Below are positions 14,663 through 26,574 of a DNA stretch of 64,000 nt, piece by piece; position 1 is the stretch's first letter, and every line of letters begins with the position of its first letter. A program made the translations under genes and the position numbers. The stretch spans positions 10,926,243 through 10,990,242 of the forward strand of contig NC_052176.1 in assembly GCF_902713615.1 (NCBI RefSeq). Reading direction: 5' to 3'. Under the pieces are notes generated by a model, which made no database searches, was not told the origin of the DNA, and worked only from the letters and a program-made list of their open reading frames with translations. This DNA is from Scyliorhinus canicula (taxonomy: Eukaryota).

Positions 14663-14703
14663 GGCTCTTTTAAGAGCCACCCACAATTTCTGTGAAAAAG
14701 CTG
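14663..14703 (+). terminator. Histone 3' stem-loop and histone downstream element
   Basis: GGCTCTTTTAAGAGCC followed by ACCCA, then purine-rich GAAAAAGCTG. Confidence 0.93.
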
Positions 14704-16344
14704 CACCATCTTTTCCCGCATTGACTTCATGAGAAATCTCTTTGTGGAGGATAGAGATTTATCCCGTTCCAGAATGTTGTGAATGTGGCTTCATACCCGC
14801 CCGTCACAGACAGTTTCACACAGAAGAGACATTCAAACTGAATTGAGAGCGGATTTATAATCAGTCTGGTATTTGTGACGGATAATGAGGAGAAGCACAA
14901 TTTCAGGAGGGAATTATTTAAATTTAATGATAAATATATTCAGAGTTTAACAACTGGTGAGTTAAATTCACAAAAGATTTGGGTTTTTTTTCTCTCGGGT
15001 GACCTGGTTCCCGCTCCCGGAACAGAGTAAAGGCGGGAATGAAGAGGTTATTTTCGGGCTGATGTGTTTATTCCGCAGTTTCCCAGCGGACGGAATCAGC
15101 GAGATTTGAGCACACACAGGACCTGTGTCCATTGCAGCGCTTTAAGATCTGCCTCTCCCCGGCCCTCCCTATTCTCCGGACACAAAGCTGCCTGTTCCAC
15201 CGGCGGGATAGAGTCGGGGATTCTCTCCACACTTCCCAGTGTAACATTACCGGCCGCTTTCAGTAGAGAGGCTCAGAAATCAGCCCTTTCTGTCTGTCCC
15301 TGTGTAGCCTGTGTGAAGGAGTTGGTTGGTAATCTCTATGTTTCTGCTTTTGCAGAGAGCTGAGATTTGCTCCGTTTAAAATTGCTGAACGGGGTCTTAT
15401 TACCGCCGGTTACAGATAAGAGACTGACAAATTCAAACTGTTCCTAAAATAGAGCCAGGATTCTGGGAGGGAAAATCCAATAAACAGATCACAAAGTGTG
15501 AGATTCAAATAGTTTCCTGAACATTGAGCCGTTCCGTTATTTGGGATTTTCCTGCACTGAAATTGGCGGGAGTTTCGAATTTGAAAATATCAGCCAATCA
15601 AAACCTCAAGATTCTTCTCCCTGGCCTGTGATTGGTTAATTGTTGACTGCACTTAAGTTGTTAAATATATGTTGTTTCCACAGACAAATACCAGAATATT
15701 CTGAACATGAATAAATGTGACGTCTGCTCCACACAAGTTACAGGGAAGAGTGTCGCCAGCTCCTCACACACAGTCCGGACATTGTCACTGACAGAGCACA
15801 GAGACACAGACAGGTCATCAGTTCCACAGTCTCAGGCAGCAGAAATAGTTCCAGAGACACATTTTCAACCCATCAATCAAACAGCAGGAGAGACAGACGC
15901 TGTGTCCATGTCACCCTAACTCAGTACCACTGACAGGAGGCCCCATAAATCCCAGTGCAAATTCTCACCCTCTCTCATCCTCACTGTATCAGTTCCACAA
16001 TGGAGCAGGCTTAGTGAAATAATCAATATCAGAGAAAACTGGTTTCCAGTTAAGAATTACACAATTAACCTTAATAATGTACTCTGAGATTCGAGTTAAA
16101 TACGAGTCACATCACTCACATCAGGGAGTAAGATCCACCCTCACACTGAGTCCTGGAGCATGTCAGATTCAGGATAATTCTCAAACAGTTGTTGAGAGTA
16201 AGATGCTGAAAGGCTCTGTACTCACTCATCAATAGCAGTCACAAAAAGCAACAGACTCAACAATTGTACCTCTGAGAGATTTAGAAATGGTTAAATGACT
16301 CTCAGAGAGGAAACAATAATAACATACAAACGGAAGACTGCTCG

Positions 16345-16672
16345 CACACACACACAGGTATACACACACACAGCTATACACAAGTATACACTCAGATACA
16401 CACACAGTATTCAGGCCCACACACATTATACACACAGAGTTACAAACACACATACACTCAAACATACACACAGGTATACACACACACAGCTATATATATA
16501 TATGCACGTGTACACACAGTATACAGAGCCACACATTATACGCACACAGTTGTACACACCCACACACACAGGTATATACACTCAGGCACATAAACATTCA
16601 CACATATTCTCAAATACACATACATATATAGAAACACATATGTGCACACACACAGATATACACAGAGACACT
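16345..16672. repeat. CA/TA-rich low-complexity tract
   Basis: Degenerate (CA)n; mirrored at 53590-53915. Confidence 0.8.
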
Positions 16673-16861
16673 TACATTGCATCAGATAAATATTTTATCC
16701 AGCTACAGTGAAGTAACAGCGATATATTTCCAAAACAGGATGGTGAGTGGCTGGAGGAGAGCCTCCAGGTCGTGGTGTCGCTCTGTGTCAGCCGCCCTTG
16801 TCCCTCTCTAGATGGTGGTGGATGTGGGTTTGGAAGGTGTTGCCAAAGGAGCCTTGGTGAC

Positions 16862-18307
16862 CAGCGCCGGCCCTAGGGTTGCTGGCGCCCCGGGCAAGCT
16901 GAACTTCGGCGCCCTTGGGGAGGGGGGGGGCGGGGCCTGGGAGGGGGGGCAGGGCCTGGGAGGGGGGGGCAGGGCCTGGGAGGGGGGGGCTGGGAGGGGG
17001 GGGGGGGGTGGCTGGGAGGGGCGGGGCCTGGGGGGGGAGGGCCGGGCGGACCCGCAGGGGAGGGGGACCCGCGGGGGGGGGGGCGGACCCGCGGCGGGGC
17101 GGACCCGAGGGGAGGGCGGGGGGGTGGCGGACCCGAGGGGGGGGCGGGGGGGGGGGGGGGGAGCGGACCCGCGGGGGGGGGGGGGGGGGGGGGGGGGCGC
17201 CCTGGGGGAGGGGTGCCGCCCTGGGGGAGGGGTGCGGTACGTTTCAGCACCGCCACTTCAGCGCTGCCGTTTCAGCGCCAGGACTTTTCAGCGACAGGAC
17301 ATTTCAGCACCAGAAAAAATAAATCATACAGCAGGAAAAACAAGACCTTGGGGAACTGCCCCTCATAAGCATCCTCCAGAAGGAACATCCCAAGTACCCA
17401 GGGACAACAGGATACTGGCCATATCATTGGACCTGCACCCCATCCAAATCCAAACCTCTCCCGTCCCAGCAGGGAAAATGTACTGTCCCCATTCATATTA
17501 AGAGGAAAAGGATAATCACTCCAGCCCCAGCCAGGGGGACCCCGGGAAACTAACCCGACCAACAGAGTGCACCATGATTAGAAATAACACTCTCAAGAGA
17601 GACGAAAAGAATGAAAGGAGCAGGATGCAGTCATAATAATAGTCCTTGGGGGGAGTGATAATTGATTATTGAAACCGCATGAGCAGATGGTAAATTGTTT
17701 TCTAACCTACACCAGATGACATGTAGTTCAACGGAGGGTTTTTCAAAACTCTCACTGACAGTTTCAGCTTTTTCTCCCCTATGTTTAAAGAGCATGGGAT
17801 TTTTATCCCCATGTTTAAAGAGAAGCAAATTTTAAAAGCATCAGACATGACATTTAAGCAGACCTTGGGGGTGAGGCTTCTGTATCTGGGTTCTGCACAC
17901 CACTTAGCACACAGTAATAAAACTCCAAAAAAAGGCCAAATAACTAAGTGTTATAACTAAGTATACCTGTGTCACCACCTTTGCACTGCAGCTTTTTGGC
18001 TCCCCTGTTAATCTCGTTGCGCTTGTAAAGTGACCTGTGAATGAATGAGCGCTGGCCAGCTGAAATTTTTGGCGCTGAAATTTTTGACGCTGAAACGTCC
18101 AGGCGCTGAAACTGCAGCGCTGAAACGTCGGCGCTGAACTGTCCCATTCCCCTGGGGGAGGGCGGCCACAGCGGGGGAGGGCGGCCACCGCGCATGCGCT
18201 GGTTGGCACCGGCCCAACTGCGCATGCGCGGGACCCGAGTCTGGCGCCCCCTAGCACATGGCGCCCCGGGCGACTGCCCGAGTTGCCGGTGCCTTGAGCC
18301 GGCCCTG
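16862..18307. mobile_element. Non-autonomous hAT element (MITE), G-rich
   Basis: TIRs CAGCGCCGGC / GCCGGCCCTG; its right ~65 bp nearly match the end at 22284-22348. Confidence 0.85.
17230..18151. mobile_element. MULE-like non-autonomous DNA transposon nested in the hAT MITE
   Basis: 9-bp TSD CTGGGGGAG (17221-17229, 18152-18160); imperfect TIRs carrying tandem TTTCAGCGC motifs. Confidence 0.75.
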
Positions 18308-20353
18308 GTCGAGTATTACATTGAACACATGATTATGAAATCTTTTTTCTGGGTCATCTGCATTTGGAACCTCGTCAATGTACTCATATTCAAACAGCTT
18401 CCTTTTCCAGCTTATTCTTTTACTTCTGAAAATGGGCTCTACATCTAATTCTGTAGCTAATTCTTTTGCTGACTCTAGTGCTTTTTCATATCCATTTGCA
18501 CGATAATCAATTAAGTAATCAGTGACATTATTCATTAATGAAACTGCGGTAGACATTTCCACAGAGGTGTTCTGCATAGTTTTACTGACAACATTTACTT
18601 TGCCTAAGACATCATACCAGACATTCAGCATCACTAGAAAACTGTAATCTTCTATTTGTGTTACAAGAGTCTCTGCTTCATGTCGCATTGCAGGATCAGA
18701 AGCAGGCATTTCTGAAAGTTCATAAAGAGCTTCTCGGATTCCTATAATTTCATATTTAATGGCTTTGACGCATTCTAATCTGCACTCCCATCTAGTCTCG
18801 CATAAAGGTTTTGCAGTGAGGCATTTAACATGTTTTTTCAGTGCATGCCATCGGCAAGGAGAGGCAGAAAACAAAATATATTTGCGCTGGACAGTACCAA
18901 AAAATGAAGTGGATTCCCGGCAACTTGTTGCCCTGTCACCAACCACTAAGTTTAGGCTATGACATCCACATGGCATATAAAACGCCTGTGGATTTTCTTT
19001 CATGATCCGTGCCTGAACCCCTTTATTCTTTCCTTTCATATTTGAACCATTATCATAGCCCTGACGTCTGCTGTTATGTAAGTCTAGCTCGCTCGCTCTC
19101 AGAAAATCAAGTATACTTTCATATAATCCTTTGCCTGTAGTATCTATAACTGGTTTATAGTTAACAAAATGTTCCTTTATTGAAATGTCTTCTACATCTA
19201 AAAATCGTATTGTAAATGAAAGCTGCTCCACATGACTTATATCTGGCGTACAGTCTAAGATAAGACTAAAATATTTGGCTTCTTTAGCTCGGTTTAATAT
19301 ATTTTCCTGAACAGCATTTCCCAACAAATTGATTATTTCATTCTGAACATTTTTTCCGCAACAGTGAATGTGAGTTTCTTTAGACACAACCCGACGTAAA
19401 TGTTCACTCATTGGCAGATCATATTTTCCAAGTAGCTCGACAAGACCTAAAAAATTCCCATTGTGCGGTGTAAATAATGTGTCTGAAGTTCCTCTGAAAG
19501 CCAAATTATGTTCAGCTAAATACAGAGTGATGCTCATTAAACGTTCCAAAACTTTACACCAATGCTCTCGTTCTTTTCCCACTCGTGACTGCATCCCCTT
19601 ATCAATAGATTTATTAGTCTGCAATCGCAGTGATGTTTCACACCACTCCTTAAGACATTCCAGATGATGTACTGCATTTTCATGTGACTGCAAATATTCA
19701 TGAGCATGCTTCCAGTCATTAATTCCAGATTTTCCTAACAATGACTTATTTGAGAAGCCAAAAATTTTGCAACAAAAGCAATACATTTTATTGGTGCTCT
19801 CTGAATTAATAAGCCACCTTCTAAGAAAATTCGCACCGTTGTTTATTTTCCTATACATCATTGTCACAGAGAAACTACGTTTATTTGCATCTTTTGGAAA
19901 ATTGTACTGTTTATTAATAGGATGCGGCCCATTCATAATGATGTGATCACTTTCAGCCATTGATAATTCATCTGGCCAGTGTGCTGGATCATTGTAGTTG
20001 ATATTTCTTTTGGGGGAGTTTTCAAATTTACTTTCAACATTCTCAGTATTACCTGCTGTGACATTATTGCCTAAGTCGTCAACAGCATTACAATTGTGAT
20101 CCTGATGTTTTAATTCATGCATGCAATTGTTCTTTCCTTCAGAAAGTAGAGTATCTTCAGTTGGTTTGACTTCACAATCATTAGATGACAAATCTGGAGA
20201 GATAGATGTAGCTGAAGAAGTTGAGCCTGCATTGTCCCCACTGTTAGACTTAGGACTGAAAAAACTTGATAGCTTTGGGTGTTTCCTGGCTGCTTCTTCT
20301 TGTTGAAGACGTCTTTTTCTGTTTTCATAGCCGGATAACTTTTTTGGAGGCAT
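18251..20353 (-). pseudogene. hAT (Tip100/ZMYM1-like) transposase, C-terminally truncated at 18308
   Basis: TTF-type zinc finger (YCFCCKIF), DUF4371-like LAFRG, DCTPD, QGYDNGSNM, CGCHSLNL, TRW; no C-terminal dimerisation domain; last 18 aa read from the TIR. Confidence 0.9.
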
Positions 20354-20416
20354 TTGCTATCTAGGAAAATAATAAAACAAATCTAAAATGGAATATAATA
20401 TATATGTATAGTATAT

Positions 20417-20422
<6 letters not shown>

Positions 20423-20458
<36 letters not shown>
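20423..20458. repeat. (AT)n microsatellite
   Basis: Pure AT run. Confidence 0.95.
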
Positions 20459-20463
<5 letters not shown>

Positions 20464-20611
20464 GTGAGTGTAAGATACTGGTCTTTTTGTTCCAGTCTTA
20501 TGAGGAACTGTTCAGAATAAATCTGTTTACCACCAGTGTGGGTTTTCTTCATATAATGCTCTTCACGTTATTGTGATTTGTCCGTGTGTCAATGTCATTG
20601 CGTCAACATCA

Positions 20612-20975
20612 GGGGCAGCACGGTAGCCTTGTGGATAGCACAATCGCTTCATAGCTCCAGGGTCCCAGGTTCGATTCCGGCTTGGGTCACTGTCTGTGCA
20701 AGTCTGCACATCCTCCCCGTGTGTGCGTGGGTTTCCTCCGGGTGCTCCGGTTTCCTCCCACAGTCCAAAGATGTGCGGGTTAGGTGGATTGGCCATGATA
20801 AATTGCCCATTAGTATCCAAAATTGCCCTTAGTGTTGGGTGGGGTTACTGGGTAATGGGGATAGGGTGGATGTGTTGACCTTGGATATGGGGTAGGGTGC
20901 TCTTTCCAAGAGCCGGTGCAGACTCGATGGGCCGAATGGCCTCCTTCTGCACTGTAAATTCGATGTAAGTCTATG
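20612..20975 (+). mobile_element. HE1/V-SINE-like SINE (second subfamily) inside the hAT element
   Basis: tRNA-like head, V-core, tail gactcgatgggccgaatggcctccttctgcactgtaaattc. Confidence 0.88.
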
Positions 20976-21012
20976 TAAATCAGATTCAGATAATATAAAA
21001 TATAGTCAGGGT

Positions 21013-21947
21013 CAGTCAGTTGCTTAAATGTATTGTAACTGATGAATTTTGAAAACCTAGTGTGTCTGGGCGAACTCTGAATCACGCAATAAGCATCGAC
21101 GCTTAGGTTTCAAAATTCAGCCTTGCAAATAAACTTAACAGATAAGGTTAACTCGGCAAGGAGTACCCAGAAACTCCCTCCAAATGCTATTTACGGCGGC
21201 AAAGTCTGCCTCGTGTGTGTGTTTTTTTAAACAACACTTCGAGAGAGCACCAGAAGTATAATGAAATTTCGGGAAGCTAATTAGACCCAGTTAGTTAATC
21301 TACAATACCTGACTCTATTATAAGAGTTATAAAACTCTATATTTTATAATAGAGTCAGGTATTGTAGATTAACTAACTGGGTCTAATTAGCTTCCCGAAA
21401 TTTCACTATACTTCTGGTGCTCTCTCGAAGTGTCGTTGAAACAAACACACACACGAGGCAGATTTTGCCGCCGTAAATAGCATTTGGAGGGAGTTTCTGG
21501 GTACTCCTTGCCAAGTTAACCTTATCTGTTAAGGTTATTTGCAAGGCTGAATTTTGAAACCTAAGCGTCGATAATTATTGCGTGATTCAGAGTTCGCCCA
21601 GACACACTAGGTTTTCAAAATTCATCAGTTACAATACACTACAGTCAGTTGCTTAAGTGTATTGTAACTGATGAATTTTGAAAACCTAGTGTGTCTGGGC
21701 GAACTCTGAATCACGCAATAAGCACGACGCTTAGGTTTAAAAATTCAGCCTTGCAAATAAACTTAACAGATAAGGTTAACTCGGCAAGGAGTACCCAGAA
21801 ACAAGAAACTCCCTCCAAATGCTATTTACGGCGGCAAAATCTGCCTTGCGTGTGTGTTTTTTTAAACAACACTTCGAGAGAGCACCAGAAGTATAATGAA
21901 ATTTCGGGAAGCTAATTAGACCCAGTTAATCTACAATACCTGACTCT
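21013..21947. repeat. ~300-bp triplication in +/-/+ orientation (fold-back)
   Basis: Arms 21029-21323 and 21344-21638 are reverse complements; third, direct copy at 21642-21947. Confidence 0.92.
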
Positions 21948-22348
21948 CGCTGACCTAAGGTGCGCATTCCAATTTCCACCAAGAGGGCTAAATAGGCATA
22001 GCAGCTCAGAAACTGCAGCGCTCCGAGGAGGAAAAATTCCGAGCCAGTCTCAGAGTCTGAGGCATTATTCTCCTAAAGTTTGCTTTCAGCCCACTTGTGG
22101 CTGTTCAGCTTATTGTATCCCAAACTAAGATTGTGAGGGTTTAACTCACAGTTTGTTTAGTCCCTCTCTCTCTGATTCTCTCTCTCTCTCTCTCTCTCAT
22201 TCCTTCGACTGGTTCCTTTTCTCTCCTTCAAACAAGTTAGTTTTTTTTTGTCTCGTGATGGGATTTTGTCTCGTGATGGGATTGGCGCCCCCGAGCACAT
22301 GGCGCCCCGGGCGACTGCCCGAGTTGCCGGTACCTTCAGCCGGCCCTG

Positions 22349-22485
22349 TGTATTTGTTTCAGTGATTCTTCGTTGTGGGTCTAAAGGAACAAAATGTCAT
22401 TTTGTATCTGGTGTATAACATCGGTTGCAGGTCCTGTGTGTTGAGGAAGCCTTGTTCAAACGTGTGCATGAAGATGTTGCAATGA
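22349..22485 (-). mobile_element. Penelope-like retroelement RT fragment
   Basis: Hand translation NIFMHTFEQGFLNTQDLQPMLYTRY-(frameshift)-NDILFL*THNEESLKQ resembles the Penelope-like RT region around RYIDD. Confidence 0.65.
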
Positions 22486-22908
22486 GGAATTAATAATCAC
22501 CCAGGACTCCGGATAAATTTCCTCTTCTCTTCTTGGAAATAGTCTGGCTGGTTGGATTGGCGAGTTGACGAAGTTGCATTCACCCAGGATCCTATTCCGT
22601 CTCCTGTCCTGGATGAATTTCCTCCTGTTTGAACACGGGAGGAGTTATTTGTCTACTTGTCTGTGAAAGCAGCACCAGAAGCAGCTGTGGAGTGAGTTTC
22701 CAGTCGCCAGGATGCAACTGTCTAATTGGATCCATCACGCCGCTCAGATCTCAGACTCTCAATACCTTCGTATGAGGAACAGGTCTGCGTCAGTTCCGTC
22801 TTTGTTAAATGGAGAAAACAGGAAAAGCACATCGAGTTTGAAATGAAATGGCGATGAAGAAATAATTGAAATCGATTTGTGCACGAAGCAAATCCTTTGC
22901 CATAACGC

Positions 22909-22991
22909 GTCAGGATGGCCGAGCGGTCGAAAGCGCAGCGTTAAGGTCGCAGCTTTCTCTGGAGGCGTGGGTTTCAAATCCCACTTCTGTA
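22909..22991 (+). pseudogene. tRNA-Leu pseudogene (CAG-type body, AAG anticodon)
   Basis: GTCAGGATGGCCGAGCGGTC...; substitutions in the T arm and acceptor stem. Confidence 0.85.
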
Positions 22992-23684
22992 ATTCACTAT
23001 TTCTCAACGAGGTTAAGTATCTCCAGCAAAATGCTCAACTCCAGGGAGATCCAACACCTCTTATTCAATGGGGAATCAGAGGTTTCAGGCCATGAGATTC
23101 CAGCTGGAACCCGCATAGCCAAATCCCACAGGCAGAAGCCCAGTTCAAGGCTGAATGGACTGTTTATTGACTCTGGTTGAGGAATTAATATTGATCCCAG
23201 GACACCGGGTAAAATTCATCTACTTTTGTTGTAAATAGTTTGGCTGATTGGATTGTCTAGGTGACTCAGAAGACCTCTTCCAGAATCCTCTTGTGCCGCC
23301 TTTTCTGGATGAACTTCCTCCTGTTTGCACACTGAACGGGTTCTTTGGCTACTTGTCTGTGAAAGCAGCTGTGGAGAGAGATTCCAGTCGCCAGGATGCA
23401 ACTGTCTCATTGGATCCTTCCCGCCGCTCAGATCTCAGACTCTCAATATCTTCGTGTGAGGAACAGGTCGGCGGCAGTTCGGTCTTTGTTGATCGCAGAA
23501 AACTGATCAATGCAGCAATGAGAAGCTCCTGGACCCCCCAGCGGCTTGGACAAGGATGACACTCAGATACAGGACTCTGGCTGGGGTTGAAAAATAGGAA
23601 AAGTACATCTAGTTTGAAATGAAATGGCAATTAAGATACAACTTAAATCGATTTGTGCACGGAGCATATCCTTTGCCATACCGC

Positions 23685-23761
23685 GTCAGGATGGCCGAGT
23701 GGTCAAAGGCACTACGTTAAGGTCGCAGTCTCCTCTGGAGGTTTGAATCCCACTCCTGATA
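23685..23761 (+). pseudogene. tRNA-Leu pseudogene (CAG-type body, AAG anticodon)
   Basis: Same body with a deletion before the T loop. Confidence 0.85.
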
Positions 23762-24719
23762 TTAACTTTTCCTCCAGGTGGTTACGTTTCTCCAGCATAA
23801 TGTTCAACTCCTGGATGAACCAGATCTCCCATTCAATGGGGAAGCGGTAGTCTCAGGACATGAGATTCCTGGTTAAATTCGCAACCCAGGACCCCACAGG
23901 CAGAAGGCCTGTCCGTGACTGGTTAATCTGCTCACTGACTACGGTTGAGGAATTAATATTCATACCAGGGCGCCGAGCAAAATGCCTCTTCTCTTCTCGT
24001 AAATAGCCTGTCTGGTTGGATTGTCGAGGTGACTCAGTTGACTTCTCCCAGAATCCTTTTCTGCCGCCTTTCCTGGAGGAACGTCCTCCTGTTTGCACAC
24101 TAGAGGGGTTATTCGGCAACGGGTGTGTGAAAGCAGCACCAGAAGCAGATATGGAGGGAGGTTACAGTCACGACGATGCAACTGTCCAATTGGATCCATC
24201 ACGCGGCTCAGGTCTTAGTCTCTCAATACCTTCGTGTGAGGAACAGGTAGGCGGCAGTTCGGTCTTTGGTGATTGGAGCAAACTGATCAATGTAGCAGTG
24301 AGAAGCTCCTTAATCCCCAGCGCCTTGGATAAGGTTGGCACTCTGATACAGGACTCTAGATGGGGTTCAAAAATAGGAAAGGCACATTTAGTTTCAAATG
24401 AAATGACAATGAAGATATAATTTGTTGCACTTGATGATCATGAGTGATGTACGGTGGACTTTGGGAACTTACTGGCCAGAAACTTCCGAACTCTATTTTT
24501 GTTTTAATGGACAGCTACAATCCACGTGTTTATTCTATAGCACAACAATGAATAAAAGTAAATCAGTGTTCAGCAATTTCTAACATCCCAGACCTCCAGT
24601 TTGTTCCTATTGAGAACCCCGTCCTCGATGGAAACTTTTTCTCTAAGAATTGGACCTCCGCCGCCTTGGAATCCGGCAGCAATACCTGCAAGATCTGATC
24701 TGTAACAAAATCACAGAAT

Positions 24720-25400
24720 AATGCAATGTCCCCTCGTGACTGACCCTTCTCCTGAGGGGAACAGGTGCTCCCTATCCGCCCTGTCTATACCTATCATAAT
24801 CTAGTACCCCTCGAACAGATCACCCCTCAGTCATCTCTGTTCCTGCAAGAGAGAAAAAAACAATCCTATCCAACCTCTCTTCAAATCTTCAATGTTCCAT
24901 TCCCAGCAAAATCCGGCTGAATCATATCTACACCCCATTCAGTGCAGTCACATATTTCCTGTCATGTGGTGACCAGAATTGCACACGGTACTCCAGCTGT
25001 GGCCTCACCAACATTCTTTACAACTACTACATGATCTGTCTGCTTTTGTAATCCATGCCCCGATTGATAAAGACAAATATCTCAGATGCCTTTTCCAGCA
25101 CCCTATTAACCTGCCCTTCTGCCTGCAGAGATCTATGCACACACACTCCAAGGTCCCTTTGTTCCTCAGTGCTTCCCAGTGTCAGGCCATTCACATTAAT
25201 CCTATAATAATATAATATACTTTGTTGTCACAAATTGGCTTATCTTAACACTGCAATGAAGTTAATGCGAAAATCCCCGACCAAATGCATCATATCTTAT
25301 TTTTCAGGGTTAAAATCCGTCAGCCATTTTTCTGCCCATTTGACCAGCCCGTCTATATCTTCCTGTATCTCAAGACCCTCAACCTCACTGTAAACTTGAA
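24720..25400 (-). mobile_element. Degraded CR1 RT fragment (paralogues at 50010-50665 + and 56850-57520 -)
   Basis: Paralogous ORFs read QRDLGVLVHRS...LVRPELEYRVQFWS. Confidence 0.8.
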
Positions 25401-26223
25401 ACTCAGTGAAAGGATTTCACTCTCCTCTCGGAATCTGATCACCACCTCAATCCTAACATTCAGCTTTGGTGGGCAGACAAGACAACTTCCTTCCAGCAGC
25501 CCCCCCCCCCCCTCCAAGCACAGACTGGATAATATCCCAAACTCCTAACCTGCTATTGACACATTGCTCCACCACTTTTTTCTCTTCACAAAATTCCAGC
25601 AATTTCATACCAAATCTTCAGACCGTTGATTTGCTCTTCAACCAACACATTGTCCTTGATTAATTCCATCTTTGGAAGAGGGGTTCGACATTCCGAGGTA
25701 CTCTGCAGACATCCGGTTGCTGGTGATGTATCAAAGGAGGCCAACAACCTGAAAGAAAGCCTCTCTCACAGCCCTGTGAGCATGGCTCCATTAGTCGGTC
25801 CAGTCAATACCTGCAGAATAGATAACAATGGAGAGAAGTTAGAGCAATTTCAGCGTCACAATTCTCTGGACATAGAGGATTCAAAATAAAACATTTTTGA
25901 AAATACTGAACAGATCCTCTGGGAGCAGCACTCAAGTCAATGGGGAAAATCCAATGGATTTCTAGTAGAAAGATATAACAGCTGGATGATGACAGCTGAA
26001 ATCAGTCCTCGCGTTACAATCTCTGTAGATATTCCAGTGAATTGAAACATGCAAAGGGCATACTTTTCGACTAGAAATCCAACACATTTCCCACCGTTAT
26101 GGAAGATGTCAATCGCACAGATGGTCAAACGGAATATGGCTGGGCTGGGATTTTAATCCATATTTTTCTTTGGGGAACAGACACTTTCACGGACTAAGTT
26201 ACAGAGTGTGACGATGTTCAGTT

Positions 26224-26574
26224 AGAACATAGAACATAGAACAGTACAGCACAGAACAGGCCCTTCGACCCTCAATGTTGTGCCGAGCCATGATCACCCG
26301 ACTCAAACCCACACATCCAACCTAAACCCGGAACCCAACAACACCCCCCTTAACCTTACTTTCATTAGGACACTATGGGCAATTTAGCATGGCCAATCCA
26401 CCTAACCCGCACATCTTTGGACTGTGGGAGGAAACCGGAGCACCCGGAGGAAACCCACGCACACAGGGGGAGGACGTGCAGACTCCACACAGACAGTGAC
26501 CCAGCCGGGAATTGTACCTGGGACCCTGGAGCTGTGAAGCATTTATGCTAACCACCATGCTACCCTGCTGCCCC
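26224..26574 (-). mobile_element. HE1/V-SINE-like SINE
   Basis: Full-length copy; absent from the paralogous site near 58350. Confidence 0.9.

Larger units (their letters stand above)
13859..16861 (+). repeat. 3-kb segmental duplication, copy A (inverted copy at 53400-56376)
   Basis: Reverse-complement match across promoter, H2B, 3' flank and CA-rich tract. Confidence 0.93.
18308..22348 (-). mobile_element. Remnant of an autonomous hAT transposon (one terminus plus transposase)
   Basis: Terminus GCCGGCCCTG at 22348 upstream of the transposase ORF. Confidence 0.85.
22485..24420. repeat. ~770-bp tandem repeat (about 2.5 units) carrying tRNA-Leu pseudogenes
   Basis: tgaggaattaata and ggatgcaactgtc landmarks recur near 22.5, 23.2 and 23.95 kb. 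Confidence 0.85.

Noticed and set aside
14122-14730. 202-aa antisense ORF over H2B (also 55528-56136)
   Set aside because: Shadow frame of GC3-rich histone codons; conserved only through the duplication
16812-17501. Gly-rich and Pro-rich ORFs
   Set aside because: Product of G-tracts in the MITE
18251-20353. Domesticated ZMYM1-like host gene
   Set aside because: Lies inside transposon termini and is truncated before the catalytic Glu and dimerisation region
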